A stretch of 64,000 bases of DNA from Desulfobacteraceae bacterium. GTDB taxonomy: Bacteria > Desulfobacterota > Desulfobacteria > Desulfobacterales > UBA5616. The stretch lies in NCBI GenBank assembly GCA_013791935.1, contig VMSV01000204.1, forward strand, positions 13,415 to 77,414, in the 5' to 3' direction. This document shows positions 17,385-26,520 of the stretch, piece by piece; the first letter of the stretch is position 1; each line of letters starts with the position of its first letter. A model generated the notes under the pieces. It did no database searches, had not been told where the DNA came from, and saw only the letters and a list, made by a program, of their open reading frames with translations. The position numbers were made by a program, and so were the translations under genes.

Positions 17385-20300
17385 ATGGTTGAACGATTGG
17401 CGAAAGGTCTATTTCACAGCATGCAAAGCGAAACCATCAGCGGGAATCCTGTTCAAAATATACTTGGTCTGTGCCTGGGGGCCACCACCCTTTCCATGGT
17501 TCATCTTCGGGCCCCCCTGGATTCGGAAAAACCCAACGAAGTTTTGCCTGAAATCGTAAACACCCGCTTATACACCCACGAAGGAAATCCTAAAAAAACC
17601 CTTCAACAGGCCCTGGAAGAGATGGATCTTTACCGGTTCGACAAAATTGCGGCCACGGGAAGAAAATTTCGCCATTACGTGAATTTTACTTCCATTTCTG
17701 AATCCGAAGCCGTGGAATATGCATACCGGTTTGTCAAAGCGCCCGGCATTTCCTCCCAGGCCATTGTGTCTGCCGGGGGGGAAACCTTCATGGTGTATGC
17801 TTTGAATCAAAAGGGCCAGATTTCCAATGTCATCACAGGAAATAAATGCGCCTCGGGAACCGGGGAGTTCTTCCTTCAGCAGCTAAGGCGCATGAATGTC
17901 ACCCTTGCGGAGGCCGCTCTTTGGGCTGCTGATGAGACCCCCTATGGGGTTTCCGGGCGATGCAGCGTGTTCTGCAAATCCGACTGCACCCATGCCACCA
18001 ACAAGGGAATCCCCAAGGCCAATGTCACGGCAGGCCTATGCCGCATGATGGCCGGCAAGGTTTTGGAGCTGCTCAAGAACATCGATAGAACAAACATCAT
18101 GATCACCGGGGGCGTTACCCAAAACAAAATGATGGTTGAATACTTAAAACAGGAAATTCCCGGACTGATCATTCCCCGGGAGGCCGCCTGTTTTGAGGCC
18201 CTGGGGGCTGCCCTCTGGGCGACCCGGAACCCCACCGATGCCTTTACCCGGAACATGTCGCTGTTTAATGCCCGTGCAGGCACCACGGACACCCTGGCCC
18301 CCCTTTCGGAGTTTGAACACAGGGTGGAGTTTAAAACCATGGCCAAAGATCAAGTGAAAGCCGGGGACATCTGCATCCTGGGTCTGGACGTCGGTTCCAC
18401 CACCACCAAGGCCGTCCTGATGCGAAAACAGGACCATGCCCTGCTGGCCTCGGTGTATCTCAGAACCAACGGTGATCCTGTGGGGGCCTCCCGGAATTGT
18501 TATGGCGCCATTCTGGAGCAGATCCAACATGCCGGGGTCCTTCCGGAAGACATTCAAATCACGGGGCTCGGGGTCTGCGGTTCGGGTCGGCAGATTGCAG
18601 GCCTTCATGCCCTGACCGACGGGGTGATCAATGAAATCATCGCCCACGCCGAAGCCGCGGTTTTCTTTGATGACAAGGTGGATACGATTCTGGAAATCGG
18701 AGGCCAGGATGCCAAATACACCTATATCGTCAACGGAGTCCCGGCGGATTACGCCATGAACGAGGCCTGTTCCGCCGGAACCGGTTCGTTCCTGGAGGAA
18801 TCCGCCCTGGAAACCCTCGGGATTAAAATGGAAGAGATCGCCCCCATTGCGCTGGCCGCAAAATCCCCCCCCAATTTCAATGACCAGTGCGCGGCCTTCA
18901 TCGCCTCGGATATCAAGAACGCCATTCATGAGGGCGCCTCCCATGAGGATATCGTGGCAGGTCTGGTCTATTCCATCTGCATGAACTACACGAACCGGGT
19001 GAAGGGCAACCGGAAGGTGGGAGAAAAGATCTTCATGCAGGGAGGGGTTTGCTACAACCGCGCTGTGCCCTTGGCCATGGCGTCTCTTCTGGGAAAATCC
19101 ATGGTGGTTCCGCCGGAACCTGGCCTCATGGGGGCTTTCGGAGTGGCCCTGGAAGTTAAAAAAAGACTCCGCCACGGCCTTCTGGAAGAAAAAGCCTTTG
19201 ATCTCAAAAATCTTTATCAACGAGAAGTTCTTTACAAGGAGTCCTTTGTCTGTAAAGGCGGGAAACCCCGCTGCGACCGGAAATGCGACATCGCAAGGAT
19301 TGAAGTGGAGGGCAAAACCTATCCGTTCGGCGGTGCCTGCAACCGGTATTACAACCTGAGAAGCCGGATAGAAGTAAATGTTGAAGAGCTTGACCTGGTC
19401 CAAAAAAGGCAGGACCTGATCTTCCAGGAATACGCCGCTTTCGCGGCCGCAAAAGAGGCTCCTTACAGAGGGGCAGTGGGTATCAACAGGAGCTTCATGA
19501 CCAACACCTACTATCCCTTGTACTCCACCTTTTTTTCCGAACTCGGGATGGAGCCCTTTCTTTCCCGGGAATCCCTGCAGAAAGGCATTGACCGGCGGGG
19601 TTCGGCCTTCTGCTACCCTTCGGAGCTGGCCCACGGCTATCTTTATTCCCTGCTGACGGGTGAAAAGCCCCTGGATTACCTGTTTCTTCCCCATTTCAAG
19701 GCCGTGCCCACCCAGATCGAGAATTTCACTTCCCAGGTCTGCCCCATTGTTCAGGGGGAAAGCTTTTACCTCGCGGCCAGTTTCAAAAAGGAAATCAAAG
19801 CCCTGGAGGCCAAGGGGTTACGGATACTTTCGCCTTTACTGGATCTGTCCCAAGGGGATTTTGAGGCGAAAAAACCCCTGGTTGCCATGGCGATTTCCAT
19901 GGGAATTCCCAAAGCGGAGGCCGCAAGGGCCTTTGAAAAAGCCCTGAAAGTTCAAAAGGACTGCTTTGCCGAGATGAAAGACCTGGGGAAAAAAGCCTTG
20001 ATCACCCTGGAATCCCGGCCGGATAAAACCGGTGTGGTGCTCTTTGCCAGGGCCTACAACGGATTTGTGGAAGAAGCCCACATGGGGATTCCCAATAAAT
20101 TCGCCTCCAGGGGCATTTTAACCCTTCCCTATGATTTTCTGGATTTTGAAGAAGAGGAAGCAAAACATCACATGTACTGGGGCATCGGCCAGCGTCTCAT
20201 GAAGGCCACCCGGATGGTCAAAAAGCATCCCCAACTGTTCGGGGCCTTCATCACAAACTTCTCCTGCGGACCGGATTCCTTTTTAATTACCTATTTCAGG

Positions 20301-21809
20301 GATATCATGGAGCAAAAGCCATCCCTCACCCTGGAGCTGGACAGCCATTCGGCGGATGCCGGTCTTGAGACCCGTATCGAGGCATTTCTGGATATCGTCC
20401 ATGGGTCCCGAAAAATGGGACCGGCCATGAAAAAAGCTGGGGGGGGAAACCATTTTGTTCCCGCCGTCTGCTTCCGGAACAACGGCATCCCCAAAATTCA
20501 GACCGGCAACGGCAAGGTGTTTTCCTTTAGCGATCCTGCGGTGAACATTCTCATCCCTTCCATGGGGAAAATCAGTTCCGAAGCCCTGGCAGCCGCATTC
20601 CGCAGCACAGGGTACAAAACCCTGGCCCATCCTCCGGCGGATGAAGCCATTCTGAAGATGGGAAGGGCCAATACCTCCTGCAAGGAATGCCTTCCCTTGA
20701 TCCTCACCACCGGGACCCTGCTGAACTACATCGAGAACCACAGGAAAAAGGATGAGGTTCTCGTCTACTTCATGCCCACCACCAACGGACCCTGTCGTTT
20801 CGGCCAATACGCGACCTTCATGGAAGACCTGGTCCGCCGAATGCGCATTCCCGATGTGGCGGTCTTCTCCCTGTCCGCCGAAAACACCTACGGTGGACTG
20901 GGCAATGGTTTTGAGAAAAAGGCCTGTTGGGCCATCATGCTGGCGGATATCATGGAGGACATCCGGTCCATGCTTCTTGCCAACGCCCGAGACCCCGAGG
21001 AGGCCATGGAGATTTTCGGCTTACTCTGGAAGGTCACTCTTGAAGAGATGGAGAGGGGTGTGGGACGGTCTTTTCAGGAAAAACTTCGGGGGGTTGCCCG
21101 AGAACTGGGGAAAATTGCCCTTCGGCGACCGGTTTCCGAAGTTCCGGTGATTTCCCTCATCGGCGAAATTTTTGTGCGCCGGGACGGAATTTCAAGGCGG
21201 CACATTACGGAACAGCTGGCCTTGAAGGGTTTTGCCGTAACCTGCTCTCCCGTTATGGAATGGCTGTACTACCTGGACTACCTGGCCTTAAGAAACCAGG
21301 GGAATGAAAACCTCAATTTGAAGGAAAGGATAGGGATTTTCCTCAAAACCCGGTTTAAAAAGAGTTACGAGTTACGGCTCAAATCCATCCTCTCAAAATC
21401 CGGCCTGATTTCTTCCCATCCCATTGAGATTGAGACCATTGTGAAAAACGGCAAAGACCATGTCTCCCTTAACCTCGGAGGCGAGGCCATCCTCACTGTG
21501 GGCAGCGCCCTCACGGACGTGGCCTCCCATGCCTGCGGGGTCATCTCCATCGGTCCCTTCGGATGCATGCCCACACGCATTGCCGAGGCAATTTTAACCG
21601 AAAACATGAACCGCGAAGGCAAATTGGCCACGGTTCCCAAAGATCCCCGTATGGAAAATCTCCTGGCCGACATGGAAGATCTCCCGTTTTTATCCATCGA
21701 AAGCGACGGGTCCCCCTTTCCCCAGCTCATCAACGCCAAGCTCGAAACTTTCTGCCTTCGCGCCCTCAGGCTCAATGAAAAGATGCTGGCCCAAGGGCAG
21801 GGACTCTGA
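17385..21809 (+). CDS. large CoA-substrate-specific enzyme activase-like protein (two BadF/BadG/BcrA/BcrD-type ATPase domains + DUF2229-like C-terminus)
   Basis: Two acetate/sugar-kinase-fold ATPase modules (GLCLGATTLSMVHL...; ICILGLDVGSTTTKAVLM...EIGGQDAKY) and a long Cys-rich C-terminal region. 1474 aa. Exact start uncertain (ATG 17385 or 17421). Confidence 0.7.
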   Translation: MVERLAKGLFHSMQSETISGNPVQNILGLCLGATTLSMVHLRAPLDSEKPNEVLPEIVNTRLYTHEGNPKKTLQQALEEMDLYRFDKIAATGRKFRHYVNFTSISESEAVEYAYRFVKAPGISSQAIVSAGGETFMVYALNQKGQISNVITGNKCASGTGEFFLQQLRRMNVTLAEAALWAADETPYGVSGRCSVFCKSDCTHATNKGIPKANVTAGLCRMMAGKVLELLKNIDRTNIMITGGVTQNKMMVEYLKQEIPGLIIPREAACFEALGAALWATRNPTDAFTRNMSLFNARAGTTDTLAPLSEFEHRVEFKTMAKDQVKAGDICILGLDVGSTTTKAVLMRKQDHALLASVYLRTNGDPVGASRNCYGAILEQIQHAGVLPEDIQITGLGVCGSGRQIAGLHALTDGVINEIIAHAEAAVFFDDKVDTILEIGGQDAKYTYIVNGVPADYAMNEACSAGTGSFLEESALETLGIKMEEIAPIALAAKSPPNFNDQCAAFIASDIKNAIHEGASHEDIVAGLVYSICMNYTNRVKGNRKVGEKIFMQGGVCYNRAVPLAMASLLGKSMVVPPEPGLMGAFGVALEVKKRLRHGLLEEKAFDLKNLYQREVLYKESFVCKGGKPRCDRKCDIARIEVEGKTYPFGGACNRYYNLRSRIEVNVEELDLVQKRQDLIFQEYAAFAAAKEAPYRGAVGINRSFMTNTYYPLYSTFFSELGMEPFLSRESLQKGIDRRGSAFCYPSELAHGYLYSLLTGEKPLDYLFLPHFKAVPTQIENFTSQVCPIVQGESFYLAASFKKEIKALEAKGLRILSPLLDLSQGDFEAKKPLVAMAISMGIPKAEAARAFEKALKVQKDCFAEMKDLGKKALITLESRPDKTGVVLFARAYNGFVEEAHMGIPNKFASRGILTLPYDFLDFEEEEAKHHMYWGIGQRLMKATRMVKKHPQLFGAFITNFSCGPDSFLITYFRDIMEQKPSLTLELDSHSADAGLETRIEAFLDIVHGSRKMGPAMKKAGGGNHFVPAVCFRNNGIPKIQTGNGKVFSFSDPAVNILIPSMGKISSEALAAAFRSTGYKTLAHPPADEAILKMGRANTSCKECLPLILTTGTLLNYIENHRKKDEVLVYFMPTTNGPCRFGQYATFMEDLVRRMRIPDVAVFSLSAENTYGGLGNGFEKKACWAIMLADIMEDIRSMLLANARDPEEAMEIFGLLWKVTLEEMERGVGRSFQEKLRGVARELGKIALRRPVSEVPVISLIGEIFVRRDGISRRHITEQLALKGFAVTCSPVMEWLYYLDYLALRNQGNENLNLKERIGIFLKTRFKKSYELRLKSILSKSGLISSHPIEIETIVKNGKDHVSLNLGGEAILTVGSALTDVASHACGVISIGPFGCMPTRIAEAILTENMNREGKLATVPKDPRMENLLADMEDLPFLSIESDGSPFPQLINAKLETFCLRALRLNEKMLAQGQGL

Positions 21810-21896
21810 ACATCCGCGAACACAGACATCTTGACCCCGTACGGGGGAAGTGGTACTGCACATTTAACGATTCCCTATCCCTTGAAATGAGGCGCC

Positions 21897-23273
21897 ATGA
21901 GCTATCGGGAAGAAAAAGACAGCATGGGCCCGGTCTTGATTCCGGAAACAGCCTATTACGGTGCGCAAACCCGCCGGGCGGTTGAGAATTTTCCCGTGAG
22001 CGGCATTTCCTTTCCTCCGGTTTTCATTCAAACCCTGGGTTTGATCAAAAAACTTGCCGCCGGGGTCAATGAAGAACTCGGACTTCTGGACCCATCCCTT
22101 TCCAGCGCCATCATGGAAGCAGCCAAAGAAGTGGCGGAGGGAAAATTCCATGACCAATTCATCGTAGATATTTTCCAGACCGGGTCCGGAACCTCCACCC
22201 ACATGAACGCCAATGAAGTCATCGCCTCCCGGGCCAATGAAATCCTTACGGGAAAAAGGGGCGGGAAATCCCCGGTTCACCCCAACGACCATGTGAATTT
22301 GGGGCAATCCAGCAATGACGTGATCCCTTCTGCCATTCACATTTCCGCCCTGATGGAAATTCAAAACCGGCTGATTCCCGCACTGTCCACCCTTAAAATC
22401 CGCCTGGCTGAAAAGGCCCTTGAATTCAAGGGTGTGAAAAAGATCGGAAGAACCCATTTGCAGGACGCGGTTCCCGTGACCATGGGCGAGGTGTTTTCCG
22501 GGTATGCCCGGCAGGTGGAGTTGGGAACCAATCACCTGGAACAAGCCAAAAAAGGGTTGTTGGAATTGGCCCTGGGGGGAACCGCCGTGGGCACCGGCGA
22601 AAACACCCACCCGAAATTCGCCCGCCGGGTGATTGAAAAAATCTCCGCAGAAACCGGACAAGCCTTCAGGGAAGCCAAAAACCATTTTGAAGCCCAAGGG
22701 GCCCGGGATGCGGCGGTGGAGGTGAGCGGCGCCCTGAAAGCCCTGGCAGTGCGCTTGATCAAAATCGCAAACGACATCCGCTTTCTGGCCTCCGGCCCGC
22801 GATCCGGTTTGGGGGAACTGGTGTTGCAGGCTTTGCAACCGGGGTCCTCCATCATGCCCGGCAAAGTCAATCCCGTGATTCCCGAGGTGGTGATTCAGGT
22901 GGCCTATCAGGTCATGGGAAACGACACGGTCATTGCCCTGGGAGCCCAAGGCGGATTTTTTGAATTGAACACCAGCTTGCCGTTGATCTGCCACAATCTG
23001 CTCCAATCCATTGCCCTGCTGGCCTCCGGAGTTTGTGTTTTTGAGGAAAAATGCATCCAAGGACTGGGCGTGGATGCCGAAAAATGCGCGTCGACCATTG
23101 AAAAGAGCCTGGCCCTGGCCACAGCCCTGGTTCCCCTTGTGGGCTATGACCGGGCCGCTGAGATCGCAAAAAAGGCCTATGAAACCGGCAAAACCATTCG
23201 TGAAATTGCCCTGGAAGCATCCGTGCTTCCCGAAGATCGCTTGAATGATCTTTTCATGAAATATTTTGTATGA
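21897..23273 (+). CDS. class II fumarate hydratase / aspartate ammonia-lyase family protein (FumC-like)
   Basis: N-terminus EKDSMGPVLIPETAYYGAQTRRAVENF and the signature GSSIMPGKVNPVIPE. Fumarase versus aspartase cannot be told apart by eye. Confidence 0.85.
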   Translation: MSYREEKDSMGPVLIPETAYYGAQTRRAVENFPVSGISFPPVFIQTLGLIKKLAAGVNEELGLLDPSLSSAIMEAAKEVAEGKFHDQFIVDIFQTGSGTSTHMNANEVIASRANEILTGKRGGKSPVHPNDHVNLGQSSNDVIPSAIHISALMEIQNRLIPALSTLKIRLAEKALEFKGVKKIGRTHLQDAVPVTMGEVFSGYARQVELGTNHLEQAKKGLLELALGGTAVGTGENTHPKFARRVIEKISAETGQAFREAKNHFEAQGARDAAVEVSGALKALAVRLIKIANDIRFLASGPRSGLGELVLQALQPGSSIMPGKVNPVIPEVVIQVAYQVMGNDTVIALGAQGGFFELNTSLPLICHNLLQSIALLASGVCVFEEKCIQGLGVDAEKCASTIEKSLALATALVPLVGYDRAAEIAKKAYETGKTIREIALEASVLPEDRLNDLFMKYFV

Positions 23274-23312
23274 TATGAGGGGTAATAAATCTTTACATTA
23301 AGGAGGCGTAAT

Positions 23313-23708
23313 TTGGCACCCGCAAAACTGGAACATTTATTTGATCAAAACCAGATGGATCGTATTTTTCCCGATTCCATTTCCGATCAATTTTTTGACG
23401 CCTTGTTCGGGGATTCCGAGGAAGGGGCCTATGACATTCGTCTGGCATTCAACCGGCAGGAGGGGAATAAGCTTGAGTTTCACTTTGAACTGGCAAGACG
23501 CCCGGAAAAGTGTCTGCGGTGCAGCCTCACTTATGGCCTGCCGGAAGTATTCACACGCCATCCGGTGATCAATTTAAAAGGTCTTACAGGAGAAATGGAC
23601 AAAATCATCCATGGAAAAGAAAAAATAGATCACTGGAAAATCGGCAAAACCATCGAGATAGATGCGGATCTTCACATCATCCCCTTTACCGTCTTTCTGA
23701 AAAATTGA
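23313..23708 (+). CDS. hypothetical protein (131 aa), TTG start, between the fumarase and aconitase genes
   Basis: AAGGAGG RBS 7 nt before TTG at 23313. Same strand and tight spacing (13 nt to the acnA start). No recognisable domain. Confidence 0.5.
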   Translation: MAPAKLEHLFDQNQMDRIFPDSISDQFFDALFGDSEEGAYDIRLAFNRQEGNKLEFHFELARRPEKCLRCSLTYGLPEVFTRHPVINLKGLTGEMDKIIHGKEKIDHWKIGKTIEIDADLHIIPFTVFLKN

Positions 23709-23720
23709 GCCGGGAGAACC

Positions 23721-26507
23721 ATGCAGACCTTCAAAGACAGTTTCAAAACCCTGACCCGCTTATCCGGGGCCCCGGGGGATAACCTTTATTTTGACATTCA
23801 CCGGCTGGAATCCGCTGGTTTTAAAAATATTTCCACCCTGCCCTTCAGCATCAAAATCCTTCTGGAAAATCTCCTGCGGCACGAAAACGGGGAAACCATC
23901 ACCGAAAACCACATCCGCCAAATGGCCGACTGGCAGAACAGCCGGTCGGAAAAAACGGAAATTCCCCTGATGCCCTCCCGAATCCTCTTGCAGGATTTCA
24001 CGGGCGTGCCGGCGGTGGCGGATATCGCCGCCATGCGGAGTGCCGCCAAAAGGCTCTATGGCGATCCCATGCGCGTGAACCTGCTGATCCCTTCGGAACT
24101 GGTCATCGATCATTCCGTTCAGGTGGATCACTACGGCTCCCGAGAGGCACTGGACCTCAATGTCGAAAAAGAATTCCAGCGAAACCATGAGCGGTATGCT
24201 TTTCTTCGGTGGGCCCACGGCAGCATTGAAAATTTCGCGGTGGTTCCCCCCGGCGCAGGCATCTGTCACCAGGTGAACCTGGAATATCTGGCCCGGGGAG
24301 TGTTCACCAAACCCGTAGACGGCGGGACCTTGGTGTTCCCCGATAGTCTTGTGGGTCTGGATTCCCATACCACCATGATCAACGGCATCGGCGTTCTGGG
24401 ATGGGGGGTCGGGGGCATTGAAGCCGAAGCGGTCATGCTGGGACGACCCTATTATTTCACCACCCCCGAAGTGGTGGGATTCAAACTCACCAGAGCACTT
24501 GCAGAAAACGTGACGGCCACGGACCTGGTTCTGGTCATCACCCAGATGCTTCGGGAAAAAGGGGTGGTGGGAAAGTTCGTGGAGTTTTTCGGGCCGGGAT
24601 TGGGCAGCCTTCATTTGGAGGATCGGGCCACCATCGCCAACATGGCCCCGGAATACGGGGCCACCATGGGGTTTTTTCCCGTGGATGACGTGACCCTCAA
24701 CTATTTAAGATTCACCGGGCGCGCAAAAGAGCAGATCGCTCTGATCGAACAATACTTCAAGGCCCAGGGACTTTACCGGACCCCGGAAACACCGGACCCC
24801 GACTATTCGGAAATCATGACCCTGGACATGGCCACAGTGTTGCCCTGCCTGGCCGGACCGAGCCGGCCCCAGGACCGGATTCTTCTTTCAAACATGGCCG
24901 AAACGTTTCTGGAAACGACCAAGGATGCCTGCGAAATCGGGCATCATTTTCTGGATGAAGACGAACCGGAAACCTTCTGGGAGGACGAAGGCGGTTCCCT
25001 CACGCCCGGGCCGGAAACCGCTCCCGAGGATTGCGTGACCCCTGAAAAAACCTTCGGGGTAACGGTTCTTCTTGAAAATCACAAACCCTTCAAGCTCTAT
25101 CACGGGTCCATTCTCATCGCCGCCATCACAAGCTGCACCAACACCTCCAACCCGCATGTGATGATCCAGGCCGGACTTCTGGCCAAAAAGGCGGTTGAAA
25201 AGGGCCTGAAAGTCAAACCCTGGGTGAAAACCAGCCTGGCGCCCGGATCCAAAGCGGTTCGGGACTATCTTGTGGATTCAGGCCTCATGCCGTATCTTGA
25301 GGAGCTGGGATTTCATCTGGTGGCCTTTGGTTGCACCACCTGCATCGGCAACAGCGGCCCCCTTGCGAAACCCATTGCAGCCGCAGTGACGGAACACAAC
25401 CTGGTGGCGGCTTCGGTGCTGAGCGGAAACCGGAATTTCCCGGGGCGGATTTCCCCCTTGACCCAGTCCAACTACCTGGCCTCCCCGCCCCTGGTGGTGG
25501 CCTATGCCCTGGCTGGCAGCGTGGGGTTCAACCTGAATGAAGACCACCTGGGGCACGATGAAAAAGGCCAACCGGTTTATTTAAAGGACCTCTGGCCTTC
25601 CAGGGAAGAAGTGGCACAAACCCTGGCCGCATGCGTCACCCCGGATCTGTATCAAAAGGCCTATCAGGATGTTTTTGAGGGATCCGCCCTGTGGAAAACC
25701 CTGGACACACCCCGGGGAGCCATGTTTCAATGGACGGATTCCTCGACCTATATCAAAGAACCCCCTTTTCTGGAGGACATCACCCGTGAGATTCCGGACC
25801 TGAAAGATATTCACGGAGCCAGGGTTCTGGCCCTTTTCGGGGATTCGGTCACCACAGACCACATCTCCCCTGCCGGAGCCATTCCCGAAGACAGCCCGGC
25901 GGCCCAGTACCTCAAGTCCCTGGGGGTTAAGACTGCGGACTTCAATTCCTACGGCTCCCGCCGGGGAAACCATGAAGTGATGATGCGGGGAACCTTCGGC
26001 AATATTCGTTTGAACAACCGGCTGGTTCCGGACATTGCAGGCGGTTGGACCCGGTACCTTCCGGAAGATCTGCAAATGCCCCTCTATGACGCCGCCATGA
26101 AATACAGGGCCAATGAAACGCCTTTGATTGTGTTGGCGGGAAAATACTACGGGTCCGGAAGCTCCAGGGACTGGGCCGCCAAGGGCACCCTGCTGCTGGG
26201 GATCAAGGCGGTTCTGGCGGAAAGTTTCGAGCGCATTCACCGGAGCAACCTGGTGTGCATGGGGGTGTTGCCCCTGGAATTTATGCCGGGGGAAAGCGCG
26301 CAAAGCCTGGGCCTGGACGGAACCGAAGTCTTTGATGTGGAAGGGATTGGAAAGGATCTGGCTCCCGGAAAAGTTCTTAAGGTTCGGGCCATGAAAACAG
26401 ACGGTTCCCTAAAGGAGTTTCAGGTGATTGCACGGCTGGACGGGCCCATTGAGGTGACCTATTACCGGAACGGCGGGATACTGCCCTACGTGCTAAGAAG
26501 TCTGTAA
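23721..26507 (+). CDS. acnA: aconitate hydratase A
   Basis: 928 aa with aconitase motifs: IAAITSCTNTSNP, FGCTTCIGNSG, VLSGNRNFPGR and the swivel-domain SGSSRDWAAKG. Confidence 0.9.
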   Translation: MQTFKDSFKTLTRLSGAPGDNLYFDIHRLESAGFKNISTLPFSIKILLENLLRHENGETITENHIRQMADWQNSRSEKTEIPLMPSRILLQDFTGVPAVADIAAMRSAAKRLYGDPMRVNLLIPSELVIDHSVQVDHYGSREALDLNVEKEFQRNHERYAFLRWAHGSIENFAVVPPGAGICHQVNLEYLARGVFTKPVDGGTLVFPDSLVGLDSHTTMINGIGVLGWGVGGIEAEAVMLGRPYYFTTPEVVGFKLTRALAENVTATDLVLVITQMLREKGVVGKFVEFFGPGLGSLHLEDRATIANMAPEYGATMGFFPVDDVTLNYLRFTGRAKEQIALIEQYFKAQGLYRTPETPDPDYSEIMTLDMATVLPCLAGPSRPQDRILLSNMAETFLETTKDACEIGHHFLDEDEPETFWEDEGGSLTPGPETAPEDCVTPEKTFGVTVLLENHKPFKLYHGSILIAAITSCTNTSNPHVMIQAGLLAKKAVEKGLKVKPWVKTSLAPGSKAVRDYLVDSGLMPYLEELGFHLVAFGCTTCIGNSGPLAKPIAAAVTEHNLVAASVLSGNRNFPGRISPLTQSNYLASPPLVVAYALAGSVGFNLNEDHLGHDEKGQPVYLKDLWPSREEVAQTLAACVTPDLYQKAYQDVFEGSALWKTLDTPRGAMFQWTDSSTYIKEPPFLEDITREIPDLKDIHGARVLALFGDSVTTDHISPAGAIPEDSPAAQYLKSLGVKTADFNSYGSRRGNHEVMMRGTFGNIRLNNRLVPDIAGGWTRYLPEDLQMPLYDAAMKYRANETPLIVLAGKYYGSGSSRDWAAKGTLLLGIKAVLAESFERIHRSNLVCMGVLPLEFMPGESAQSLGLDGTEVFDVEGIGKDLAPGKVLKVRAMKTDGSLKEFQVIARLDGPIEVTYYRNGGILPYVLRSL

Positions 26508-26520
26508 TTCCTTTAGTTGA

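Noticed and set aside
21897-23273. Assigning the lyase firmly as aspartase (aspA) rather than fumarase
   Set aside because: The N-terminal EKDSMG and the GSSxMPxKxN signature fit both families. Context (aconitase adjacent) favours fumarase, but by eye it cannot be decided.
15759-25600. Long minus-strand ORFs (15759-16901, 18144-19694, 21864-23060, 23760-24614, 25581-26303) and 50056-51078, 42676-43866, 59550-60344
   Set aside because: Antisense shadows of nnr, the activase-like gene, fumarase, aconitase, flotillin, radical SAM and kinase genes. No RBS and no domain signatures.
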